This document shows, piece after piece, positions 30,992 through 39,265 of a stretch of 50,831 nucleotides of DNA. The number at the start of each line of letters is the position of its first letter. Position 1 is the stretch's first letter. Under the pieces are notes generated by a model that saw only the letters and a program-made list of their open reading frames with translations, searched no databases and was not told the origin of the DNA. This DNA comes from an uncultured Bacteroidaceae bacterium (GTDB lineage: Bacteria; Bacteroidota; Bacteroidia; Bacteroidales; GCA-2748055), in the NCBI GenBank assembly GCA_964595055.1, contig CAZQOV010000002.1:1-50831 (forward strand), written 5' to 3'. Both the position numbers and the translations under genes were made by a program.

Positions 30992-31797
30992 TTTACCTCC
31001 ATTAACATTTGTACACCTTCAATGGCCGAATTGTTTCCGTAATCCATCAGCATGGCCAGGGCATAGGATCCGGAGGGAGGATTAACCGGGAGGGTCAATT
31101 GAACTTTTCTTTTAAACCCCGGGTAAATGCTGAACCGTGTTTTTTTGAACTGCTCTTCTTCAGCGGTTTCAAGGTTTGCCAGAGCTAAAAATACATGGGC
31201 ATCTACTACTTTATCCCCTTCATTGGATATAGTCGCTTCAAAGGTCCGAAAGGGTTTTCCCGGTTTTGTGATTTCTTTCAGACCATTTATTTTCGCTTTA
31301 TAATTCTGATTTGCACGCGGACTTTGTTTAACGAGTACCACGATTCTGGGAACAATAATCACACCCGTAGCAAGTTGTTTATCAGCATCAGACGGATTTT
31401 GTTCTTTGGATACTTCTACATTAACCATGCCCCACCGGGTGCTATAGCCATTTCGGGGAACTGACATGATCAACTCAATTTCAGCGCTTTCATTTGGATT
31501 CAGTTCGACAAATGCGGGATTTATATTGATCCAGTTAAACAAACTATGCTGAGAGGTTCCTGGTTCAAGGCGTTTTTTCCTTCCCTCAATATCGAGCTCA
31601 TAATCGGTCAGGTTGAAAGTGTATTTTTGTCTTTGGGGCGAATGATTGCGCAGTGTAAGCGTACGGGTTTGTATTTCCCCCGGATTCGCATCAAATTTCA
31701 CCAGTACGGGTGCCACTTCGAAATCCTGTGCCTTAATATCTATTGATAAGCTTGCCAGGCAGAGAAAACCAAGGAATAACCTATTGCTCATTCTCAT
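30988..31797 (-). CDS. Exported two-domain beta-sandwich protein, candidate periplasmic chaperone-like component
   Basis: The track start (31863) is TTG and overlaps a -7 box. The ATG at 31797 gives MRMSNRLFLGFLCLASLSIDIKAQ, a signal peptide. Two ~110-aa all-beta-looking halves follow. The first (QTRTLTLRNHSPQRQKYTFNL..WININPAFVELNPNESAEIELIMSVP) has the pattern of PapD/DUF916/NEW3-type Ig-like domains. The functional label is inference only. Confidence 0.45.
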   Translation of the reverse strand: MRMSNRLFLGFLCLASLSIDIKAQDFEVAPVLVKFDANPGEIQTRTLTLRNHSPQRQKYTFNLTDYELDIEGRKKRLEPGTSQHSLFNWININPAFVELNPNESAEIELIMSVPRNGYSTRWGMVNVEVSKEQNPSDADKQLATGVIIVPRIVVLVKQSPRANQNYKAKINGLKEITKPGKPFRTFEATISNEGDKVVDAHVFLALANLETAEEEQFKKTRFSIYPGFKRKVQLTLPVNPPSGSYALAMLMDYGNNSAIEGVQMLMEVK

Positions 31798-31860
31798 AAT
31801 TGAACATGTTTTAAGATGAAAAAACAAGATTTCCCGATTCATATTGTATTTATTGGGTTT

Positions 31861-31868
31861 CAAAAATA
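31861..31868 (-). promoter_or_regulatory. Candidate -7 promoter box (TATTTTTG on the minus strand) for the 30988..31797 operon
   Basis: The reverse complement of CAAAAATA (31861-31868) is TATTTTTG, which matches TAnnTTTG. It lies 64 nt upstream of the ATG at 31797, and its position argues against the TTG start at 31863. Confidence 0.4.
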
Positions 31869-31920
31869 ATTATTTTTATACAGGAAATGTATAATAAATT
31901 GATGCATAGTTGAATATCAC

Positions 31921-31970
31921 GAAAACTGCGAAACTGCAGCAGGTATTTACCCCTGTATCCCCATTCCATG
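31921..31970. repeat. Partial copy R3 of the dispersed element (AACTGC tract plus C-rich box)
   Basis: GAAAACTGCGAAACTGCAGCAGG followed by CCCCTGTATCCCCATTCCATG parallels the right end of R1 (AAACTGCACAACTGCCTAACTGC...CTCCTCCCCATGG). No partner inverted repeat is seen nearby. Confidence 0.4.
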
Positions 31971-32239
31971 TAAGTACCTGTAAATGTTGGTATTGAAGCA
32001 TATTTATGTTCTTATATTGACCTTTCTCCTGATATAAGGGCTCATTAAAATCGGGTAAAAACCCCTGGCTTTTATGGGTAATTGATCCCTTTTTTCGCGT
32101 GAAGGCCCTGTTTTTTCTGGTTTTTCCTTCAAATATTTTTGATCTTGATATGACCAGTCCCTTCTTCTATCGGCAGATTTTGCTTGAAAGAGGCAGGTAA
32201 AGTTGTCATTAAAAATAAAATTTTTTTATCCAAATTTTA

Positions 32240-32950
32240 ATGATTATGAGAAAAGTACTTTTAACGACGGCAGCATTGCTGATCTTTAGTGTAGGGCTTT
32301 TTGCCCAGGCGGTTAAGGACAGGCAGGTGATCCCTGTTTCTGTCAATCTTAACCAGGTTTTGAGAATGACCATAACAAACGGAGGGAACATTGAATTTGT
32401 TTTCAATTCCATTGATGATTACCGGGATGGGTTGTCGGCAGATGAAGCAACTTCGGGTTCTGCAAACCCTGGATCATCTGAGGGTTTTTATCAGACAGAT
32501 TTTACCATTTCATCCTCTACCCGTTGGAAGATTGATTATGGCTCCGAGCAAGCAACCTTTATCGGAACGGATAATCCGGCCAATGAGCTTGCGCTTGACA
32601 ATGTAGGGTTTACTCTCGAAAATGAAGGAACCAAGGATTTCGAGGGGGCCGGTCAACCGCAGGGTACAACGGCAGGGTCCAGTCTTTACAGCGGGCCTAC
32701 TGATAATGCGAATGAAGTTGCTGCGCTTGAAGTTTATCCTGTTGCGCTTATTGAAGACAATGATGACGCTACTGTATCAAATGCCGGAGATGCAACCGAA
32801 AATTCTTTTAGCCTTCTCTGGAGATGTGGTACCGCTGAAGCGGGAGCAATTGTTCCCATGAATGCAGTGAGTTTGCTGAATCAGCAGCCCAGCCCTGAGC
32901 CTGACCGGTATGTTACCAATGTAATTTTTGAACTTGCAGTTGACAATTAA
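32240..32950 (+). CDS. Secreted hypothetical protein, candidate surface-structure subunit A (paralog of the 33039 gene)
   Basis: 236 aa with signal peptide ending FAQ-A and no lipobox. It shares three collinear motifs with the next gene: IEFVFNSIDDYRDGL, ELALDNVGFTLEN, and FSLLWRCG...PDRYVTNVIFELAV at the C-terminus. It has an acidic low-complexity insert at aa ~130-185. Confidence 0.6.
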   Translation: MIMRKVLLTTAALLIFSVGLFAQAVKDRQVIPVSVNLNQVLRMTITNGGNIEFVFNSIDDYRDGLSADEATSGSANPGSSEGFYQTDFTISSSTRWKIDYGSEQATFIGTDNPANELALDNVGFTLENEGTKDFEGAGQPQGTTAGSSLYSGPTDNANEVAALEVYPVALIEDNDDATVSNAGDATENSFSLLWRCGTAEAGAIVPMNAVSLLNQQPSPEPDRYVTNVIFELAVDN

Positions 32951-33038
32951 TACGCACAGATTCAATAAATTTCAATAGAAATAGTCAACATCTTCGTTGA
33001 CTATTTCTATTTTTGCCTTCTGATTATATTGGATTTTT

Positions 33039-33599
33039 ATGAGAATTATTGTCCTGACTTCTGTATTGCTTGCTTTTTGCGCTTCATCATATTCCCAGGA
33101 ATGGAATTATGCGCGCTTATCGATATTGTACGGAAGTAACATACCATTTAATTTCAATTCCATAGAAAAATATCGGACCGGAATTGAAATTACTGAAGGT
33201 ACGGTTTTGGGGATTACACTTGTAGATTCTTCTCAGCTTGGCCGAAGTCTCGAAGGTTTTGATCTGAATATAAGAACATTTAATGGTGCTACCATGATAA
33301 AGGGAGAATCTTCGAATCTCAGTCTTGAAAAAGTTCAGATTAAGGCTGAAAATTACCTTGGCCTGGAGGGGGGCTTCTCCAATGATTATGTTGATTTAAG
33401 CTCGGTATGGACAACACTATTTTCATATACCGATCCGACATTTGCCGATCTTAGCTGGGATCTTCATCAACTGAGTTTGTCATACCGCTGTGGTGTTCCT
33501 GTTTCGGCAGGAGGAAATGGCACCCTTCTGGGTGAAGAACCAGATTATTATAACATAGAGATTGAAATTGAGCTGGTTCCTACCGGACCCGGTTTCTAA
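33039..33599 (+). CDS. Secreted hypothetical protein, candidate surface-structure subunit B (paralog of the 32240 gene)
   Basis: 186 aa with signal peptide ending YSQ-E. Its motifs IPFNFNSIEKYRTGI, NLSLEKVQIKAEN and LSLSYRCG...PDYYNIEIEIELV are collinear with those of the upstream gene. Confidence 0.6.
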   Translation: MRIIVLTSVLLAFCASSYSQEWNYARLSILYGSNIPFNFNSIEKYRTGIEITEGTVLGITLVDSSQLGRSLEGFDLNIRTFNGATMIKGESSNLSLEKVQIKAENYLGLEGGFSNDYVDLSSVWTTLFSYTDPTFADLSWDLHQLSLSYRCGVPVSAGGNGTLLGEEPDYYNIEIEIELVPTGPGF

Positions 33600-33609
33600 T
33601 TCTTTAAGA

Positions 33610-36603
33610 ATGTGCAGCAGTGGACTGAAAAGTCTGTTTTTTTATATAACCTATCATTCTAAGTGCATACGTTTTGAATCCGTTCTTATCCTGTCCTTGC
33701 TGTTTGTTTTTTTTCCTGACGTTAATGGAGAAAAATTGCAAAGGGACAGTGTGCTGCATTTTTCCTTCGCCAGGGAAAATACCAGGATGGAAGAAGCTGG
33801 TGCGTATTTTAACGTAGTAACTATTGAAAACCGTGGAGATGAGAACGTCAGTGGCACATTGTTTTTCCGTCCACCGGAGAACTGGATCCTGATCGGGTCA
33901 AAAACCTATCCGATTGATTTGGATCCGGGTGAAAAAATTGTCCTTCCCATTCGAATCGGGATTCCGAAGAGTACAATTGGGGGAACCTCCTACCTCATTA
34001 GGGCTGTTCTCAGGACCAAAGGCCAGGTCTATTATCGGAACGCTTATCTTTCGATTAAGAAAAAATCGGATTGGAGAATGATCGTTGACAGAAGTGACGT
34101 TTATTTGAGTGATTTCAAACCTACGGGAAATTTTTCTGTTCACCTCAGAAACCGCGGGAATTCGAATGAATTGATAAAGCTGAAATTTGATAAGGGAGCT
34201 TTGTTGAGGTTTCAAACCTTTATTGAGGCGGATAGCATTCTTTTCGTTGAATTGCCTGCTTATAAAGACACGGTCCTGTCTTTTGGAATTTCTCAAAGAA
34301 AAGACCTTTCCTACACGGAAATCCGCGCACTCAAACAGAGCTGGAAGTCAACCAGTGTTTACATAGAGGCCAGCACATCAGAAAAAAAGGAATATGATGG
34401 TATTCGGGTTATTCCTCTTGTCAGCAAAAAATTCAATGATACTCCCTTGAGGACTTCTCCCCTCAATCTGGATTTGACCCTCTTCAATTTGCTTTCCTAT
34501 CAAAGACCCAAAGCTTCGTTTAAAGTACATGGAAAGCTTCTCTTGCCAGAGGAGCGACAGTTTCAATATTCTGTCGGAATGTATAACCTTTATTTCAACT
34601 CTCAGATGTATGAGCATCTGGATTTCTTAAGAATCTTCCGATATATGCTCAGGTACAATGATCCAAAAACCCAGTTGTGGGTAGGAGACCGGCTGGGGAC
34701 CGGGTCGTTGCATACAATGACAGGAAGGGGGCTCCGTGCAAAACATAGTGTGAAAGACAGGCATAATGTTTACTTCAATTTCATTCAGAATCCTTATGGA
34801 GGAAACCTGGGGTCATATGCAGGTTACGGAACAATGCTGGGAAAAATGGCCGTAAATACCGGAATTACCGTTGAAAATGCTTCCGCTAATAAGAACTCCA
34901 ATTATTCTTTCCACCTTGGAGGTACATACAGGTTTTTCGGTCGCCATACCCTGAGGCTTCAAACGGCAACAACGCTCAGCAAATTCATCCCTGACAGATA
35001 CCTGGAGAAAGATACCACTACTCTTGGTTTTGCGTACAGGTTAAGTTATCATTTCAAAGACGATCAGACGAGCCTGCGAATTGATAATACAAATACCTCA
35101 TTTACTTTCTTAAAAAATGCCGGAATTAATCGGTTTGATGTGGATTTAAAATACAGGGTGAATGAAAAACTCCGCTTTTACAATTTATATCATCACAACA
35201 GTTATTCTGCCAGTCGGTATCCTTACAATTTTTATCATCCTGAAAACAGAAACATAAATGACAATGGTAGATTTATTCTTTCTTACACCCAGGGCGATAT
35301 GGTTTACCAGCTCGGCCCACAATTCTATAGCACCATACGGAAGAATTATAATCCCGGGACAGGCGTGGCTACACGATACGAGAATTACCAGCCCGGGATA
35401 ATGACTTCGATGACCTTCAATATTGGAGGGTTGAGAAGCATCACCCCCAACTTCTCTTTTAATACTATGTATTTTAAATATTCCACCGACATTCCCGGAG
35501 ATGAAAGCTTTTCTCTATCCGGTCACTGGAAGTATACCGCTGGCATCAGCTATTACGATCAGGCTTTTAAACTGAATGCGTATTATTCAAGTGGCGAAGC
35601 TTCGGATATTTATCGAAGTGTGGTGATTGATGAGGATCCGCAAATCAATCAGGCGATACATCTCCGGCCACATTACGAAAGGTATTTTAATGATGAAACC
35701 ATTCGATTGAGTGCTCATATAAATTATTCCTATTATATGCCCTCACAGCGGGAGAACACCATATTTAATGTAACAGCCGATTTTTCACTCAAATCGGGTT
35801 GGGATCTGTTTAGCAGCTTCAATGTTTACAGAAATTCACGGATGGATAATGATGTGGGAAGGATTACAACGCGCGACATGAATTTGCTTGCCGGTTTTCG
35901 CAAAAGCTTTGATGTTCAGCAACCCAGAATGAAGTATCATGATCTGACCCTGGTAGGATTTAACGATCAAAACGGGAATAATATTAAGGATAAAGATGAA
36001 AAACCCATTTCCAATGTATTGATCAACATCATAAGAGATCCGGAAAAAAATGAAGAACACAAGACCCGTTTTGCAGAAACCCGCATGATCACAGATCCCA
36101 ATGGAGAGATACATTACGGGAACATTCCGGAAGGCAATTACGATTTGAAGATTACCCCCCTTTCCAACCTCGAGGATTTGTATTTTCTGGATGGTCAGAA
36201 TCAGGTCCTTACGGCTGATGAGGATAAGGTCCATTATCTTCCACTGGTTGAGAGCTATAAAATTAAAGGCAAGGTAATAGTTGATCGTGACCCAAACAGT
36301 AGTGAAGGGAAAATAAACCTGGAAGGCATACGTATTTCTGCTGTGGGTGAAAATGGGTCGAATTATTCAACACTTACCACTTCTGATGGCCGTTATGTTC
36401 TCAACTTGCCAAAAGCTCATTTTTACACGGTGAAAATATATAATGTTTTTGGAAGCCGCTTCATGCTTGAACAGGGTGAATTTGAAGTCCAGTTTATGGA
36501 AAACAAAACCATTAACCTTGACTTCCGGTTTAGTGAAGAAAGAAGAGCAATTGAATTCAATGATGGCGAGCAGTTGTTTGATTTTAATATAGACCGGAAC
36601 TGA
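33610..36603 (+). CDS. Large outer-membrane protein: two N-terminal Ig-like modules, a beta-barrel-like core and two C-terminal CarboxypepD_reg/SdrD-B-like domains (usher-like architecture)
   Basis: The track start is TTG (33562), inside the upstream gene. The ATG at 33610, 10 nt after that gene's stop, gives 997 aa with a hydrophobic leader (VLILSLLFVFFPDVNG). N-terminal modules include FNVVTIENRGDENVSGTLFF..LDPGEKIVLPIRIGIP and FSVHLRNRGNSNELIKLKF. The ~550-aa Tyr/Asn/Gly-rich section has alternating-hydrophobic strands. C-terminal segments are VGFNDQNGNNIKDKDEKPISNVLINII..TDPNGEIHYGNIPEGNYDL and KGKVIVD..GIRISAVGENGSNYSTLTTSDGRYVLNLP. Confidence 0.6.
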   Translation: MCSSGLKSLFFYITYHSKCIRFESVLILSLLFVFFPDVNGEKLQRDSVLHFSFARENTRMEEAGAYFNVVTIENRGDENVSGTLFFRPPENWILIGSKTYPIDLDPGEKIVLPIRIGIPKSTIGGTSYLIRAVLRTKGQVYYRNAYLSIKKKSDWRMIVDRSDVYLSDFKPTGNFSVHLRNRGNSNELIKLKFDKGALLRFQTFIEADSILFVELPAYKDTVLSFGISQRKDLSYTEIRALKQSWKSTSVYIEASTSEKKEYDGIRVIPLVSKKFNDTPLRTSPLNLDLTLFNLLSYQRPKASFKVHGKLLLPEERQFQYSVGMYNLYFNSQMYEHLDFLRIFRYMLRYNDPKTQLWVGDRLGTGSLHTMTGRGLRAKHSVKDRHNVYFNFIQNPYGGNLGSYAGYGTMLGKMAVNTGITVENASANKNSNYSFHLGGTYRFFGRHTLRLQTATTLSKFIPDRYLEKDTTTLGFAYRLSYHFKDDQTSLRIDNTNTSFTFLKNAGINRFDVDLKYRVNEKLRFYNLYHHNSYSASRYPYNFYHPENRNINDNGRFILSYTQGDMVYQLGPQFYSTIRKNYNPGTGVATRYENYQPGIMTSMTFNIGGLRSITPNFSFNTMYFKYSTDIPGDESFSLSGHWKYTAGISYYDQAFKLNAYYSSGEASDIYRSVVIDEDPQINQAIHLRPHYERYFNDETIRLSAHINYSYYMPSQRENTIFNVTADFSLKSGWDLFSSFNVYRNSRMDNDVGRITTRDMNLLAGFRKSFDVQQPRMKYHDLTLVGFNDQNGNNIKDKDEKPISNVLINIIRDPEKNEEHKTRFAETRMITDPNGEIHYGNIPEGNYDLKITPLSNLEDLYFLDGQNQVLTADEDKVHYLPLVESYKIKGKVIVDRDPNSSEGKINLEGIRISAVGENGSNYSTLTTSDGRYVLNLPKAHFYTVKIYNVFGSRFMLEQGEFEVQFMENKTINLDFRFSEERRAIEFNDGEQLFDFNIDRN

Positions 36604-36725
36604 AATGAGACAAGAAATCCTTCCCGGAATGCATGCAAGGATGCAATGGTTCCGTTGCTAAAGCAAGGTAAGGCCATGCATGTTAACAGGAGAGACCAAC
36701 CGGGAGCGGATCCCGAATGTTCAAT

Positions 36726-38114
36726 TTATCTGCCGATCATCCTGGAGGGGTCAACCCATTGGTCGAACTGTTCCTCTGTGAGGTAGCCAAGTTCAAGAGC
36801 AGCCTCCCTAAGCGTGGTGTTGTCACTAAAGGCTTTCTTTGCAATTTCGGCGGCTTTCTCATAACCAATATGAGTGTTTAATGCCGTTACCAGCATCAGA
36901 GAATTGTAAAGATTTTTTTCGATGTTTTCTCTATGTGGCGCAATCCCTATGGCACAGTTGTCATTGAATGATACACAAGCATCACCCAACAATCTGGCCG
37001 ATTCCAGGAAATTATAGATCATCATTGGTTTGAATACATTGAGTTCAAAATGGCCATTGCTTCCGCCGATATTTATGGCAACATCATTTCCCATCACCTG
37101 GGCACAAACCATGGTAATTGCTTCAACCTGTGTAGGATTTACTTTGCCCGGCATGATTGAGGAACCGGGTTCATTTGCCGGGATAATGATTTCACCGATA
37201 CCGCTTCTCGGTCCTGAACTCAAAACACGAATATCGTTGGCAATTTTCATCAAACTGACGGCAACGGTTTTTAAAGCTCCCGAAGCCTCTACAATAGCAT
37301 CGTGAGCCGCAAGAGATTCAAACTTGTTAGCGGCTGTAACAAAGGGCAAACCGGTTAAATCCGCAATTTTTTGAGCAACAAGCTCTGAATAGCCTTTAGG
37401 CGTGTTAATGCCGGTGCCTACGGCTGTACCTCCCAGGGCAAGTTCACGCAGATGCTCCATGGTGTTTTGAATGGCTTTTAATCCGTGGTTGAGCTGTGAA
37501 ACATACGCGGAAAATTCCTGTCCCAAAGTCAATGGTGTGGCATCCATCCAGTGAGTCCGGCCTATTTTTACGATATCATCAAAAGCTTTCGATTTTTCAT
37601 CGAGGGTATCCCTTAGCTTTTTTATTCCCGGTAGAGTTACCTCTACCAGCATTTTATAGGCAGCGATATGCATGGCCGTTGGGAAGGTGTCATTGGAAGA
37701 CTGGGATTTGTTTACATCATCGTTGGGATGAATGAGGCGTGTGCCTTCTCCTAGTTTATTCCCCATTAATACATGAGCCCGGTTGGCAATTACTTCGTTC
37801 ACGTTCATGTTAGACTGAGTTCCTGAACCTGTTTGCCAGACCACAAGGGGAAACTGTTCGTCATGTTTTCCTTCTGATATTTCATCACAAACCTTGGAAA
37901 TCAGATGGGCTTTTTCTTTATCCAGTACTCCCAGTTCTTCATTGGTTTGGGCTGCAGCCTTTTTAAGGTAGGCAAAGGCTCTGATAATCTCACGGGGCAT
38001 GGTTCCTTCCCCGATTTTAAAATTGCTTTTTGAACGCTGGGTTTGCGCCCCCCAGTATTTATCGGCAGGAACCTTTACGGTTCCCATCGTGTCTTTTTCG
38101 GTTCTGAATTTCAT
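36726..38114 (-). CDS. fumC: Class II fumarate hydratase
   Basis: It carries the [13 protein letters not shown] signature and the N-terminus [28 protein letters not shown]. The start at ATG 38114 avoids overlap with the upstream gene's stop at 38128. Confidence 0.95.
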   Translation of the reverse strand: MKFRTEKDTMGTVKVPADKYWGAQTQRSKSNFKIGEGTMPREIIRAFAYLKKAAAQTNEELGVLDKEKAHLISKVCDEISEGKHDEQFPLVVWQTGSGTQSNMNVNEVIANRAHVLMGNKLGEGTRLIHPNDDVNKSQSSNDTFPTAMHIAAYKMLVEVTLPGIKKLRDTLDEKSKAFDDIVKIGRTHWMDATPLTLGQEFSAYVSQLNHGLKAIQNTMEHLRELALGGTAVGTGINTPKGYSELVAQKIADLTGLPFVTAANKFESLAAHDAIVEASGALKTVAVSLMKIANDIRVLSSGPRSGIGEIIIPANEPGSSIMPGKVNPTQVEAITMVCAQVMGNDVAINIGGSNGHFELNVFKPMMIYNFLESARLLGDACVSFNDNCAIGIAPHRENIEKNLYNSLMLVTALNTHIGYEKAAEIAKKAFSDNTTLREAALELGYLTEEQFDQWVDPSRMIGR

Positions 38115-38127
38115 GGTCGAATAGATT

Positions 38128-38601
38128 TTAAATTGCATCCGGTATTTCTACCAGCATAATAACAACATAGTGATTATTTTCAGGATCGGTTGAAATTCCG
38201 ACCCCACACTGGGTATATTCTCCCACTAATGATTCAGCATATTCAGGAGAGTTCTTTAGAAAGTTCATTATGGCCCCGGAGGTTTTTTCTTCAATGAAAA
38301 AGGTGAGGAGTTTATGGGAGGTTCCTCCAAGATTGTCGGCTAGTTCATTAAGATCCTGATCAGCTTTTGGGTCATCAAGCGCATAATCATTGGCGGCTAT
38401 TTTCTCTGCCACCATTCTGGCTTCTTTAAAAAGAAGAAATTGTTCCACAAGGCTGTTAAGCTCTTGGCTGGTCCGGTAATTATTAATTTCCAGGTAAACT
38501 TCCCTTTCTATTTGAGAGATCTGGTGAAAGCTTTCTTCTTCTCCGCATCCAGGTGCGAGAAAAAGTATGAAAAGGATGATGATGAACGTGTTTTTATTCA
38601 T
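38128..38601 (-). CDS. Lipoprotein with a CAP/SCP (PR-1-like) domain pattern
   Basis: The ATG at 38601 gives [23 protein letters not shown], which contains a lipobox. The rest follows a loose CAP-domain pattern ([14 protein letters not shown]...[12 protein letters not shown]...[22 protein letters not shown]...HYVVIML). The assignment is moderate and made by eye. Confidence 0.5.
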   Translation of the reverse strand: MNKNTFIIILFILFLAPGCGEEESFHQISQIEREVYLEINNYRTSQELNSLVEQFLLFKEARMVAEKIAANDYALDDPKADQDLNELADNLGGTSHKLLTFFIEEKTSGAIMNFLKNSPEYAESLVGEYTQCGVGISTDPENNHYVVIMLVEIPDAI

Positions 38602-38668
38602 GTTTAAAAATTTAATGAACCAGTAAGTGATAAAAGGGAAAAATTTTTCCCTTAGTACATTATCAGAT

Positions 38669-39013
38669 TTAAAAAAGTTTATCAATATTATCTGGCGGAT
38701 CTCCAATCACCGCCTTATGCCTGGATAATACGACAGGTCTTTTGAGAAGTTTCGGATTCTCTGTAATTATCTTTATCCATTCATCATCATTAAATGATTT
38801 TCCTTTTAATTCCTTTTTGTAATGATCTTCCTGTATCCTGACAAGTTCTGAAGGGGGAAGGTTGGATTTAAGAATAATCTCCCTGAGTTCATCTTCAGTA
38901 ATCCCATTTTTTATGTATTCCCTGATTTCAATGTCATCAGTGATGGAACGGAGATGCTCAAGTCCTGCACGGCTTTTTCTACAGCGGTTGTTGTGATATA
39001 TTATGTATGGCAT
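38669..39013 (-). CDS. ArsC/Spx/YffB-family redox protein
   Basis: MPYIIYHNNRCRKSRAGLEHL carries the family N-terminal Cys motif (hNP.C.KSR), and KLLKRPVV lies near the C-terminus. An upstream in-frame ATG at 39040 is also possible. Confidence 0.8.
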   Translation of the reverse strand: MPYIIYHNNRCRKSRAGLEHLRSITDDIEIREYIKNGITEDELREIILKSNLPPSELVRIQEDHYKKELKGKSFNDDEWIKIITENPKLLKRPVVLSRHKAVIGDPPDNIDKLF

Positions 39014-39265
39014 AAAAAGATGGTATTTTAACGATTTCATTCAAAAATACCAAAAAATGAGAGGATACTCAATGTTTTTATGAGCAGACTGAATAAGTTC
39101 CTGCCTGTTTATTACGAAAAGGAGTGTTTAGCCATGTGGAATAACTGATTCGAAGGAAAAGAAAACACTTTTAAGAAAATGGCTAATCTGCTTTGGCAAG
39201 GTATAAAAGGAGGCAGTAACGGGACAGTCTGGAATTCGAGACAGCGGATTTTCTCTAAGACTGGA

